Assembly (NCBI GenBank): GCA_026390585.1 | Contig: JAPLFP010000355.1 | Location: 12,779 to 76,778 of the forward strand | Reading direction: 5' to 3' | Source of the DNA: Ignavibacteriales bacterium | GTDB taxonomy: Bacteria; Bacteroidota; Ignavibacteria; UBA10030 | Length of the DNA: 64,000 nt | Shown here: positions 39,475 to 49,546 of the stretch, one piece after another | Layout of the letters: the number at the start of each line of letters is the position of its first letter | Numbering within the stretch: the first letter of the stretch is position 1 | Translations under genes and position numbers: made by a program | Notes under the pieces: generated by a model | What the model was told of the DNA's origin: nothing | Seen by the model: only the letters and a program-made list of their open reading frames with translations | The model's database searches: none

Positions 39475-40257
39475 CTACGTCTGTTCTCTTTTCGTGAAGA
39501 GCAACGCCGACCACGTATCGTCAATCGAGCAGATCTTGTAGTCCACCAATCCTTCGGAGAGACCTGCTGCCCGTACGATGGGCTGTGTCAAATCCGTCGA
39601 TTGCGGACCGCCCTTCTTCGGCCACGCGATCCACAGCTTCCCTTCTCCGATCATCGCGATCATCGGGCGTAGCATTCGGTTGAATTCCCTATGGGAGCGA
39701 TTGAACCAAATAGTCAGATCGCGGGCCTTCGAGGGACGGTTCGTCAGCCGCACGTGTTCAGGCAGTGGGTCGAGTTTTGTTTTGAAACCACGCGGTGCAC
39801 AGGCGAGCACAACGATCGTCCCCGGTTTGATCCCGAGTTTCTTTGGAAGCGACGCCCCCGCATATCCATCGAAGACAGACTTCGGCTTCAACGGTTGTGT
39901 CGGCGGGTGATCGATGGCCTTTCTGAGCGATGAGAGAATATTCGTCCATCGGGCGAAAACGGCGTCCGGCAAAAGCTCTTTGATACGCTCAACTTTGATT
40001 GGGTCGCCATCCACAAACACCAGCGGGGTGCTTCGCGTCCGTTTGTATTGGCGCATCAACAATGCGATGTCACGCCCTTGAGACGGAAGCCGTGAGAGAT
40101 CAACAACGACAGCGTCCGGTGGATTCTCGCCGAGAAGCCGTATGGACTTCAAACCTGCGGGAATTGTTGCGTCAATCCGATAGCCGGCTGCTGTCAGCAT
40201 CAACGCGCGCGCTTGCGCCTCTTCTGAGTTCCAGAGTATCAACTTGACATTTCTCAT
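39475..40257 (-). CDS. hypothetical protein with degenerate receiver-like N-domain and DUF3052-like C-domain
   Basis: the CheY-like fold lacks the acidic pocket; C-terminal LWIAWPKK region; no confident function. Confidence 0.4.
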   Translation of the reverse strand: MRNVKLILWNSEEAQARALMLTAAGYRIDATIPAGLKSIRLLGENPPDAVVVDLSRLPSQGRDIALLMRQYKRTRSTPLVFVDGDPIKVERIKELLPDAVFARWTNILSSLRKAIDHPPTQPLKPKSVFDGYAGASLPKKLGIKPGTIVVLACAPRGFKTKLDPLPEHVRLTNRPSKARDLTIWFNRSHREFNRMLRPMIAMIGEGKLWIAWPKKGGPQSTDLTQPIVRAAGLSEGLVDYKICSIDDTWSALLFTKREQT

Positions 40258-40700
40258 AGTCATAACCTGATGATCGATCAAGGATATGCGAAGACATTGA
40301 CGGCCAATCCGCCCTCGTTGCGTCCGTTCTTCTCAACGGTGGGACCGGAAGCCCCATAGATAAGCGATGTGTACGTCGCGGACCGTTCGGCGATACAATA
40401 CATGATCAGCCGCCAAAGAACAGTCAAAAACTGACGAGCTACGCGTTTCCAGTGCCGAGGGTGCAGAAGCAGTCAGACATCCGTATTTTCCATTGTTGCG
40501 CCTGCATCGGGCCACATTCATGAGGAAGACACTGTTGAGGCGGAGCCCCAAACCCCGCAAACCCCCGCCAATCATGAAGTGTTGTACGTGTGACGGCAGG
40601 CACGGTGAGCCCAGTCGGCAGTGCTTATCGTATCAAAAGGTACATCAATCTACGATCGAACGGAATCGGTCAACAGTGCACAGGTGTTTTTGGGAGTTCT

Positions 40701-41465
40701 ATGGATCAATCCGACGTTCTTCGTGTCCTTGTCGCTGAAGATGAGGAATCATTCTTAAGGGTTCTGACGACAGTTCTGGAATCAACGAAACGTTTCACCG
40801 TCTACCCCTTCGAAGAAGGCGAAGAGGTCGTTAAGGCACTGAAGACATCACATTTTGACATCGTCATCCTGGACTACAAGATGCCAGGGATGTCCGGACT
40901 CAATGTGCTTCAGTGGATCCATGAGCAGAAGCTGGATATTCCAGTCATCATGCTCACTGGTGCCGGTTCGGAGAACATTGCTGTCGAGGCGATGAAGCTC
41001 GGCGCGTACGACTACATCCGGAAGGACTCCTTCGACAGGACGCATTTTCCCGTCATCGTGAATGGCGTGTATGAACGATACCTCTTCAAGAGGGACAAGG
41101 AGCAGCGCGAAGCCAGAGCACGAAAGTTGGAGAGGGACATTGTCGCATTCGAACTTCTGAGCACTTCCCTTTCTTCATTCGCTCAAGATGTGAGTGCGAC
41201 GCTATCGGCGGTGACGCAGTTGACGGATGAAAGTGAGCGAACCTTGCATCCACTCCTTCCCCCACATGGAAAAGAGTATCTCAATACCTACCTCAAGAAG
41301 ATCCGGGAAGAATACAGAACCCTCATTGCAATCGGCCGATCGATTGTCAGCCTTTCGAAGGTGGTCAACGAAAACTACCTCAAGATGCAGAGTATGCATA
41401 AGTCAGAAGTCGACCTGATCGCGAAGTTGAAAACGCCTTCTGAGAACACATCTCAAACCAATTGA
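40701..41465 (+). CDS. response regulator (receiver domain + coiled-coil C-terminal domain of unknown function)
   Basis: canonical receiver residues (AEDEE, ILDYKMP, MLTG, YIRK); no DNA-binding domain recognised. Confidence 0.7.
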   Translation: MDQSDVLRVLVAEDEESFLRVLTTVLESTKRFTVYPFEEGEEVVKALKTSHFDIVILDYKMPGMSGLNVLQWIHEQKLDIPVIMLTGAGSENIAVEAMKLGAYDYIRKDSFDRTHFPVIVNGVYERYLFKRDKEQREARARKLERDIVAFELLSTSLSSFAQDVSATLSAVTQLTDESERTLHPLLPPHGKEYLNTYLKKIREEYRTLIAIGRSIVSLSKVVNENYLKMQSMHKSEVDLIAKLKTPSENTSQTN

Positions 41466-41736
41466 TGTGAGGAGATCGAGAGGTATCCTCACGGACATCG
41501 GCCCGGAACCTGCCCAACGTTCACCGCACAGCCTTGCTGCATCCCACGGGAATGGAGCCGGCACATTTTGACGCCGGTGTCTGTCGCATTCTTGCCGACT
41601 ACTCTCTGAAGATCTGAATTCACTCCACGACCTACACAATCATCGGCACGAGTCCAAAGACTCACCTGGGCACGGACGACGCTTTGAATGCCTCCATGTC
41701 GTGCATCAACCTTCTGAAAATATCTAGTCGAGATGA

Positions 41737-41955
41737 CTATTTTTTTCGTTGCAGAGGGGAATCTGAAAGAATGGGAGAGCGTTTCGGAGCTTTTGGTGCG
41801 TTCTCTATCCTGATGACCTGCTCACATTCGCTGCAGACATACACAAGCTGAGTGTACTGAAATGAATGGTACTGAATCAGCCAGGCCCACTTGATCCGTT
41901 TGGAACAGTGCGAGCAGATGAGATCGAGCTTTGCTTTTTCGACGCGGGATTTCAT
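41737..41955 (-). CDS. small zinc-ribbon protein (CxxC...CxxC)
   Basis: 72-aa ORF from MKSRVEK with CSHC...CSEC; short, so low confidence. Confidence 0.35.
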   Translation of the reverse strand: MKSRVEKAKLDLICSHCSKRIKWAWLIQYHSFQYTQLVYVCSECEQVIRIENAPKAPKRSPILSDSPLQRKK

Positions 41956-42438
41956 TCTCGAAATGCCATTGAAGATTGGAAAACGGACAGCGAGACATCC
42001 GGAGGTGTACAAAGGTACTCTTTGCTGTCTCTTGCCAATAGCGGCCTTCCGCACCCTCGCTGGGAAGAACCAGGAGTTTTGGCCCATCGTCTCCCTAGGT
42101 TGCTCCTTAAGTTGCATAGTATAGAAGACAAAAGAAACTCCCATTGGGAATTCGTTACCCGTTTTGCGCAGGCTCCTGAAAACCCCTCATATATCCTCAG
42201 AAATGGGCAATTTCGTTGCTGTGGCTTTGGTAGCAACACTACTAAGTAGACGCCTGCACCGCTCTTCAAGTTCCTCCCCTGGCGTCCACCTCGTCACCGC
42301 TTTCGTCGCGTTCACGTCTCTTTTCGTCCCCTTCAGCGAAAAACCAAATCCTCTCGACCACCCTAGCGTAATGCCAAGTGAACCTAGAACACAGACCTTC
42401 ACTTAAACACAAACTACAAAATTGCGACGGAGGACGAC

Positions 42439-42897
42439 ATGAAGAAGAGAGGAACGATATTCGGAGTGATCGTTCTAGCGATCACCATGGCCCTGCCAGC
42501 GACGGCACATGAGATGCGAAAAGATGTTGGCGAAGCGAAGTACGATCAGGCGGTGAAGAATCTGCTGGTGGGAGTTAGCGACGAGATCAACAATACCGGC
42601 TTGCGCAGAAGTGCAATATACATGCTCGGACAGCTCGAAGCGAAGGAAGCTGTAATTCCTTTGATGAAGGTTTTGCATTCTTGCCCGGACGAGAGGTCCC
42701 GAATGGCCGCGGCCTGGGCGCTGTGCCAGATCGGCGATGGCCGGGGAGAGTATGCGGTGAAGCAAGCGGTACGGTTTGACGAGAATGCAAAGGTGAAGAT
42801 GCATTGCGCCTGGTACTATAATCTCTACGTAAACGACGGTACCTTCGCATTCTATCCTTCTGCAAACGCACCAACGCAGATTGCTGAGTTGCAATAG
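42439..42897 (+). CDS. secreted HEAT-repeat (PBS-lyase-like) protein
   Basis: signal peptide plus repeated RxxAxxALGxIG-like HEAT units. Confidence 0.5.
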   Translation: MKKRGTIFGVIVLAITMALPATAHEMRKDVGEAKYDQAVKNLLVGVSDEINNTGLRRSAIYMLGQLEAKEAVIPLMKVLHSCPDERSRMAAAWALCQIGDGRGEYAVKQAVRFDENAKVKMHCAWYYNLYVNDGTFAFYPSANAPTQIAELQ

Positions 42898-43111
42898 ATT
42901 TCAGAAGATCATCAATACCAACTTCGTGTCCCAACGGGTGGCCCAACAGCCACCCGTTTGCGTTTGTTTGCCAGCCTCGTCCTACAGCTCCCCGGTTTCT
43001 TAAATCCTTCGAAACGGCGCTCTGTGGATTCAAATGGATTTTCCGTACAATGGCATGAATGTTTGAAGATGTGAATCCTGAATTCTCATCAGTTTTTCTG
43101 AGGGAATACCG

Positions 43112-43918
43112 ATGACGCGGATAATCGCGTTGCTACTCACCGCGACAACTCTTGCCTTCTGCCAGCAATCAACACCGTACCTTCAGCATCGCCGGGTTGA
43201 CCGTCCGCCCTACACTCCCCCTTCGCTTTTACTGAAGGAACCCCCGCCCCTTCATCCGGTTGATCCACTCGTTGTGCTTCACGGACAACGTGACAAGAAA
43301 GTCGTCGCTCTGACATTTGACGCTTGTTCAACGCGCAAACCGAGCCAGTACGACGAACGCATCACAAAGATCCTGGTCGAGACCAAGACCGCTGCGACGT
43401 TGTTTCTCGGGGGAAAATGGATGGAAGACGATACCGAGCAGACAAAATATCTTTCGAGTATCCCGTACTTCGAGCTGGGGAATCACACGTTTCTCCATCC
43501 GCACCTTCTCAAGATGTCGGATGACCGTATCCGGCAAGAACTAGCGTGGACGCAGCAACTCCTGTTTTCACTCACCGGCAAGCAGACAACGTTGTTTCGT
43601 CCGCCGTACGGTGAAGAGGACGGCCGTGTGGTCCGCATCGCAGCATCAATGGGGCTTACGACGATTCAATTCGATCTCGCCTCGGGAGACCCCGATTCCA
43701 GCATCTCAAAGGAGAGGCTGATCGAACATGTCTCTTCGATGGCGAAGAGCGGCTCGATCATCGTGATGCATATCAACCGTCGTGGATGGCACACTGCTGA
43801 GGCGCTCCCGGAGATCATTTCCCGACTACGAAAGCGAGGGTTCACGTTTGTGACCGTGGGAGAGCTGTTGTCAGGACTGAAGCCATCCAGGACCACAAAA
43901 CAGAAGGCCAGGGAATGA
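43112..43918 (+). CDS. polysaccharide deacetylase (CE4 / NodB homology domain)
   Basis: TFDA/C, HTFLHP, and RPPYG NodB motifs; signal peptide. Confidence 0.8.
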   Translation: MTRIIALLLTATTLAFCQQSTPYLQHRRVDRPPYTPPSLLLKEPPPLHPVDPLVVLHGQRDKKVVALTFDACSTRKPSQYDERITKILVETKTAATLFLGGKWMEDDTEQTKYLSSIPYFELGNHTFLHPHLLKMSDDRIRQELAWTQQLLFSLTGKQTTLFRPPYGEEDGRVVRIAASMGLTTIQFDLASGDPDSSISKERLIEHVSSMAKSGSIIVMHINRRGWHTAEALPEIISRLRKRGFTFVTVGELLSGLKPSRTTKQKARE

Positions 43919-43956
43919 TCCCCGGCCTTGAGTGTACTCTCCGATTTTATTTCCGC

Positions 43957-45015
43957 CTAATCGTGAAGCGTCTTGACCTCCGACGAGATCTTGACCTTTC
44001 CCAGATGCGACACCTTGTTGCGTCCTGACCGCTGCGCATCGAATAGAGCCTCCTTCACCGACAACAGCAGGTTCTCCAGGTCCGACGCGTGTTGCGGATA
44101 GACCGTGACACCAACGCTGACAGTCGTGAGGATCCCGCGGTCTGTAAACGATGTCCGGCTGATTGCCTCCCGCACCTCATCTGCAAACATGACCCCATCG
44201 ACAAGCTCGGAGTTCGATCTCAAAACGATGAACTCGTCAAACCCATGCCTGCCGGGTACATCGACATCTCTCAACCGGCCTTTGATCAGATCAGCCATCT
44301 GCCGGAGCATTTCCCTCGAGGCATCATAACCGTACGTGTTGGTGACATGTTTGAAGTTGTCGACATCAAAAATCATGAGAGAGAAACTCTCGTGAAGCGC
44401 GTTGGAACGATCGATGGCGGAGCGAATCCTCTCGAGGAATGGAGCGTATTTTTCCAACTCAGTCTCGTGGTCGATCCGATCGAGTCGGAGGTTGTCTTCA
44501 AAGAGCTGCGCTTTGTGGAGTGCGACCGCTGCGAAGTCTGCAAAGCTCTGAAGAATGTGAACATCTTCCACTGTGAAGGCGTCCCTGTGAAGACTATCGA
44601 CGTACAGGTATCCCAGGCTGCGATGATTTGCGGAAATCTGAACGCACACCGCGGAGACGAACGGCTGTTCCAGTTTCACCTCTTCGGCTTGTTCGGGAAA
44701 GGTCGTGCTGTCACGAATCAGGATCGGAGAGCCCGTCCATAACAACCGGCCTATGGCACCCGTCGCGAGCTTTCGACGGAACGCTTTGGCAAACGTGTGC
44801 GAGATTCCGTGTCCAAGCGCAACGTTGAGGTACTCGGTAGCGGGATCGACCAGAACCACGGCGCACGTCTGACAATGGTACATCCGGACAATGCGGTCGA
44901 CAATGAGATGCAGGACTTTTTCGTGCTGGTGGGTTGATTTGAGAACGTTGAGAATCTCGGAGACAAACCCGAGACATTCTTCGTATTTCATGGCAATCAC
45001 CTCCTTTTCTGGCAT
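43957..45015 (-). CDS. GAF domain - GGDEF domain protein with degenerate signature (RHGFDEF)
   Basis: GAF N-domain; the GGDEF fold is conserved (FDVDNFKHVTNTYGYDASREML) but the GG(D/E)EF motif is replaced by GFDEF. Confidence 0.7.
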   Translation of the reverse strand: MPEKEVIAMKYEECLGFVSEILNVLKSTHQHEKVLHLIVDRIVRMYHCQTCAVVLVDPATEYLNVALGHGISHTFAKAFRRKLATGAIGRLLWTGSPILIRDSTTFPEQAEEVKLEQPFVSAVCVQISANHRSLGYLYVDSLHRDAFTVEDVHILQSFADFAAVALHKAQLFEDNLRLDRIDHETELEKYAPFLERIRSAIDRSNALHESFSLMIFDVDNFKHVTNTYGYDASREMLRQMADLIKGRLRDVDVPGRHGFDEFIVLRSNSELVDGVMFADEVREAISRTSFTDRGILTTVSVGVTVYPQHASDLENLLLSVKEALFDAQRSGRNKVSHLGKVKISSEVKTLHD

Positions 45016-45252
45016 GTGCTGCAGAAAGAGCGATTGCTCTGGAACTAGGCATTCTCAGGTAGGCGTTCACTGCTGACACAACGGAAAGCTGCTTTGCCCA
45101 GCGCCAGGGTGTGATCTACTCTGACATTTCAAAACTCGCGCAAGCGAATCGCGGTCGCATTCTCTCACGCTTTCTCCGATTCCCAAGTTGTGTGCTGCTG
45201 GAAATGGAGGAACGATGTGCCTCCTTTCTCAGAAACTCGCCTGCGTTTCAAG

Positions 45253-47181
45253 CTACTTCCTTTCTTCGAAACGCTTGACAATGTTTTTGTTCTGGTGATT
45301 GCAGGCGTCTTTTCCTTCCGCCGTAAGCGTGTAGTCGATGCGGTTCTTGTAGAATTCCGCAATGCGTCCACGCACAATCTTCATTGTGCTGTTCATCAAA
45401 CGGTTTTGCTCGTTGAATCCTTCACCGAGCACAGCTATCGCTGCAGGCAACCAGCGCTCCGGGAACATACCCGCGCTCTTGTTCCCTTCACGATACCGAT
45501 CGATCTCTGATTGAAGAAGGCGCAACGCCGTCGTCTGTCCTTCGTCGGTATGACACGAGAGATGTTGATGCTTCAGGTACGCCAGGATTGCATCTTTGTT
45601 CGGTACAATGAGTCCGACAGTATAGGCTGAGTGATCGTTGTACAGCATCACCTGCTCGATGAAAGGAGAGTGAGCCACGATCGTCTCTTCGATCCCTTCC
45701 GGACTGTACTTCTCGCCGTCATGACTGATCAAAACGCTCTTTTCGCGCCCCAGGACAAACACAAACCCATCCACATCCAGGTAACCGATGTCACCCGTGT
45801 GCAACCATCCATCGCGGATCGTTTCGCTCGTTGCGCGCGGATTGTTCCAGTACCCCGCCATCACGTTTTCCCCTCGCAACACGATTTCACCCTTCTGTCC
45901 AACAGGCAGAGTGTTGCCCTGATCGTCGCACACCTTGATGTCTATGCCAGGCAGCACCGTGCCGGAGGACCCGAATTTGTGCTTTGTTGGAGTGTCACAC
46001 GAGACAACAGGCGAGGCTTCGCTGAGACCGTACCCTTGATACATGGGAACGCCGATGGCGTTGAAGAACCGCTGCAGCTCAATGTCGAGGTGTGCTGCAC
46101 CACCGACGAAGTAATCGAGCCGGCCCCCAAAGCTCGCGCGTATTTTTCTGAAAATGAGGGCATCGCAGAGGGTGTACACTGGATGTTTCGGTTTGCCGAC
46201 ATCCTTCCCACCATTGTAGCCATCACCATAATGCGCGTAGGCAATCTCCAATCCCTTCTGAAAGAGATTCCAGACCAACTTCCCTTTCTCGCTGATTCCT
46301 TTCTCAATGTTCTTTTTGAAGTTCTTTGCCAGTGCCGGCACACTCAGCAGAAATGTCGGCTTGATTTCCTTGATGTTGGTCGGGATGTTTCTGAGCGTCT
46401 CCAGCGCGGTCTTCCCCGTCTGTATGGAAGCCATACTTGCACCGATACTCGTGAGCAAATAAACACCCGCGGTATGTCCGAACGAGTGGTCCCATGGTAT
46501 GATAATCAGCGAACAGTACCAGTCAGGTTGCGGCAAGTGGGTCGAGCATTGCTTGACATTCGCCGTGTAGTTGCGATGGGTGAGTGTTACCCCCTTCGGG
46601 TCTGCTGTCGTGCCCGAGGTGTAACTGATCGTCGCCGCATCAGATTCCTGGATCGACTGCCACCGCTTCTCGAAATCGGAGCGATGACGCCTGAGATATT
46701 CCTTGCCCTGTTCGCGCAGTTCGGGTAATCCGATTTCGTCCTCAGCGAGTTTGCCTTGCGGGTCGAGAAGAATGATCTTTTCGAGGTCAGGAAGGTCAAC
46801 CCTCATTCGAGCGACCTTGTGCGCTTGCCCCCCGGAAACGACAACCATCCTGCACCCCGAATGAGCGAGGCGAAACTTCAGATCCGACCGCTCTTCGAGC
46901 TTCACGGAGAGAGGGACATTGATGGCACCGACAAAGAGTATCCCAAGCTCAGCGATGACCCAGTCATTACGCCCTTCAGAAATCAGTCCAATCCGGTCCC
47001 CCTTCTCAACACCCAGGCTTATGAGCCCTGCAGCACATTGATGCACGGACTCCTGGATTTCCCGATAGGTGGCGCCGTTGTATGCCGCCTCTTTCTTTTC
47101 CCACATCATCACTTTCTGTGAGAATTTCTGCACACTGTCTTCGAAAAGGCGCGGGATTGTACGCGGTTGTGAGGAGGTCAT
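45253..47181 (-). CDS. long-chain-fatty-acid--CoA ligase (AMP-dependent synthetase)
   Basis: AMP-binding motif TSGTTADPKGV; 642 aa FadD/FACS-like. Confidence 0.85.
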   Translation of the reverse strand: MTSSQPRTIPRLFEDSVQKFSQKVMMWEKKEAAYNGATYREIQESVHQCAAGLISLGVEKGDRIGLISEGRNDWVIAELGILFVGAINVPLSVKLEERSDLKFRLAHSGCRMVVVSGGQAHKVARMRVDLPDLEKIILLDPQGKLAEDEIGLPELREQGKEYLRRHRSDFEKRWQSIQESDAATISYTSGTTADPKGVTLTHRNYTANVKQCSTHLPQPDWYCSLIIIPWDHSFGHTAGVYLLTSIGASMASIQTGKTALETLRNIPTNIKEIKPTFLLSVPALAKNFKKNIEKGISEKGKLVWNLFQKGLEIAYAHYGDGYNGGKDVGKPKHPVYTLCDALIFRKIRASFGGRLDYFVGGAAHLDIELQRFFNAIGVPMYQGYGLSEASPVVSCDTPTKHKFGSSGTVLPGIDIKVCDDQGNTLPVGQKGEIVLRGENVMAGYWNNPRATSETIRDGWLHTGDIGYLDVDGFVFVLGREKSVLISHDGEKYSPEGIEETIVAHSPFIEQVMLYNDHSAYTVGLIVPNKDAILAYLKHQHLSCHTDEGQTTALRLLQSEIDRYREGNKSAGMFPERWLPAAIAVLGEGFNEQNRLMNSTMKIVRGRIAEFYKNRIDYTLTAEGKDACNHQNKNIVKRFEERK

Positions 47182-47349
47182 CGTTCGAGACCTTTGATAA
47201 TTGTGAAGTGGGATCGTTCTGGTGCAACTCGGTGCGTGTTTTTCGAAATAGCCTCTGCTAACTCGCCTGCAATCTATAAAAGAAAATCAAGATCTGCACG
47301 GCAATTGACAGGAATACGGTCTGGGTGTCTCATTTGTGAGAATCTTCTG

Positions 47350-47382
47350 TTGGACGGAATGCCATTCCGTCCAACAAATCAG
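47350..47382. terminator. perfect 15-bp-arm palindrome (ttgttggacggaatg c cattccgtccaacaa) downstream of ABC-F gene
   Basis: perfect inverted repeat 20 bp after the ABC-F stop codon; weak U-tract, so it could instead be a protein-binding site. Confidence 0.45.
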
Positions 47383-47402
47383 TGAAACGAACGGAAGCCG
47401 GT

Positions 47403-49355
47403 TCAGTGCTCGCTTCGGACTTTTTCTATCTCGCTCTGGATTGTGTCCCACTGATCGTATGCTCTCGCGAGAAGCTGCTCAAGTTCCTTTCGTTCCACGG
47501 AGATCTTCTTCGCTTCAGCACCGTTCTTGTAGAGCTCGGGGTCGAGCATCGCTGCTTCAATTTCCTTATGACGCGATTCGAGTTTCTCAATCTCGCGTTC
47601 CATTGTCTCGACTTTTAGTTTCAGCGGTCGCAGTTTGACGGAGAGTTGTTGACGGTGCTCGGCTTCGATGCGTTTCCGATCTTTGTCGCTCTTCTCGAAC
47701 GCTGAGGCCGCTTTCTTTTCTGCCGCCTCCGATTTCACAGAGGCTTCTCTTTCCTCCCGTTTTTTCGCGATGTAGTCTGAGATGTTGCCGATGAATGTCC
47801 TCACCGTTCCGCTCCCCACTTCCAACACTTTGTTGACAATCGGATCGAGAAAGTACCGGTCGTGCGAAACGATCAAGAATGTCCCATCATAATGAAGAAG
47901 GGCTTCCTGCAGGACTTTTTTCGATTTCATGTCCAGGTGATTCGTGGGCTCGTCGAGGACCAAAAAGTTTGCCGGTTTCAGTAGCATCTTTGCAAGGGCA
48001 ACCCGGCTTTTCTCGCCGCCGGAGAGAACAGAGACTTTCTTGAACACGTCGTCGTCATGAAAGAGAAATGCACCGAGCAACGAGCGCAGCCGCCTTCTGA
48101 TGTCCCCCTCGGCAATCTCATCAATGGTATCGAGCACTTCTTTGGATGGATCGAGCTCTTCCGCCTGATGTTGCGCGAAATAAGAGAGCGTCACGTTATG
48201 ACCGACGATGCGCTTTCCCGAGTTGAATGACTCGACGCCGGCAATGATCCTCGTCAGCGTGGACTTTCCCGCGCCGTTGAGTCCAACGATAGCAATTCTC
48301 TCACCTCGTTCGACCTTGAGATCGAGGCTCTCAAAGACCTCGATCGGCCCGTAGCTTTTCGCGAGGTCCTTCAGTTCCATCACGATGCGGCCACTGGGAG
48401 GGGGCTGCGGAAACTCGAAACGGATGCCGCTCTCCTCAGGCTCGACTTCAATGATTTCCACCTTCTCCAGTTGCTTGATGCGGCTCTGCACCTGGCGTGC
48501 CTTCGTCGCCTTGTATCGAAATCTCTCAATGAACTCCTGAGTTTCTTTCAGGCGCTGCTGTTGATTCTTCATCGCCTGGATCTGAAGCTCCCGGCGTTTT
48601 ACACTTTCGGTCTCAAAGAAGGAATAGTTGCCCGAATACTGCTCAAGCCTTGTCATCGTCAGCGCAAAAGTCCTCGAACAGAGATTGTCCAGAAATGTCC
48701 GATCGTGCGACACCAGGACGACAGCCCCATGATAGCTCCGCAGATACTCTTCCAGCCATTGCAGTGTTTCGAGATCGAGATGGTTGGTTGGCTCGTCCAG
48801 CAAAAGGACCGACGGTTCCCGTAGCAACAGCTTTGCCAGCTCTATTCGCATTTGCCATCCACCGCTGAACTCTTCCGTCATTCGGGTGAGATCCGATACA
48901 GAGAATCCGAGCCCCATGAGCACGCTCTCGACCTTCGACTTCATCCGGAAGGCGTCCAGGTCTTCGAGCTTGTGCTGAAGTTCACCATAGACTTCTATCG
49001 TTTCGGCGTATTCTTCGGACTGCGGATCGAGCCGTATCATGCTCCGGTGCGCCTCGTCGAGTTCCTGCTGGATCTCGAGAACATCCTCGAACGCAGACGC
49101 CGCCTCTTCATAGAGCGTCCTTCCGCAGACAGCAACACCTTCTTGTTGCAGGTATCCAACTGTGACGAATTTGGCCTTGCTGACGGTGCCGGAATCGGGC
49201 TGCACCAGTCCGGTGATGATCTTCAGGAGCGTCGTCTTGCCGGTACCGTTGGAACCCACCAATCCAATGCGATCATGCGGACTGATCATGCAGGAAAGGT
49301 CGTTGAACAGAACACGACCTCCAAATTGGAGCGCTATGTGTTCGAGGGAGAGCAA
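47403..49355 (-). CDS. ABC-F family ATPase (Uup/EttA-like, two ABC domains + C-terminal coiled coil)
   Basis: duplicated Walker A/B and LSGG signatures; the conserved N-terminus LSLEHIALQFGG begins at a TTG (49355), with no in-frame ATG nearby. Confidence 0.8.
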   Translation of the reverse strand: MLSLEHIALQFGGRVLFNDLSCMISPHDRIGLVGSNGTGKTTLLKIITGLVQPDSGTVSKAKFVTVGYLQQEGVAVCGRTLYEEAASAFEDVLEIQQELDEAHRSMIRLDPQSEEYAETIEVYGELQHKLEDLDAFRMKSKVESVLMGLGFSVSDLTRMTEEFSGGWQMRIELAKLLLREPSVLLLDEPTNHLDLETLQWLEEYLRSYHGAVVLVSHDRTFLDNLCSRTFALTMTRLEQYSGNYSFFETESVKRRELQIQAMKNQQQRLKETQEFIERFRYKATKARQVQSRIKQLEKVEIIEVEPEESGIRFEFPQPPPSGRIVMELKDLAKSYGPIEVFESLDLKVERGERIAIVGLNGAGKSTLTRIIAGVESFNSGKRIVGHNVTLSYFAQHQAEELDPSKEVLDTIDEIAEGDIRRRLRSLLGAFLFHDDDVFKKVSVLSGGEKSRVALAKMLLKPANFLVLDEPTNHLDMKSKKVLQEALLHYDGTFLIVSHDRYFLDPIVNKVLEVGSGTVRTFIGNISDYIAKKREEREASVKSEAAEKKAASAFEKSDKDRKRIEAEHRQQLSVKLRPLKLKVETMEREIEKLESRHKEIEAAMLDPELYKNGAEAKKISVERKELEQLLARAYDQWDTIQSEIEKVRSEH

Positions 49356-49546
49356 GGAGTATGAAGTATGGAAGTAATAAGTAATAGAGTACGGATGCAG
49401 ACAGTATGCAGAGTTCAGCGGGCAGACTGTTTCCGGGTTCTCTTGTGATAGGAATATACGGAATTGGACGTGAAGATGAGAGCAGGGCGTGGCAAAAAAA
49501 GAGCCCCCTACGCGGGGGCTCTTCATTTTTGGTTATTTCTCATTAG

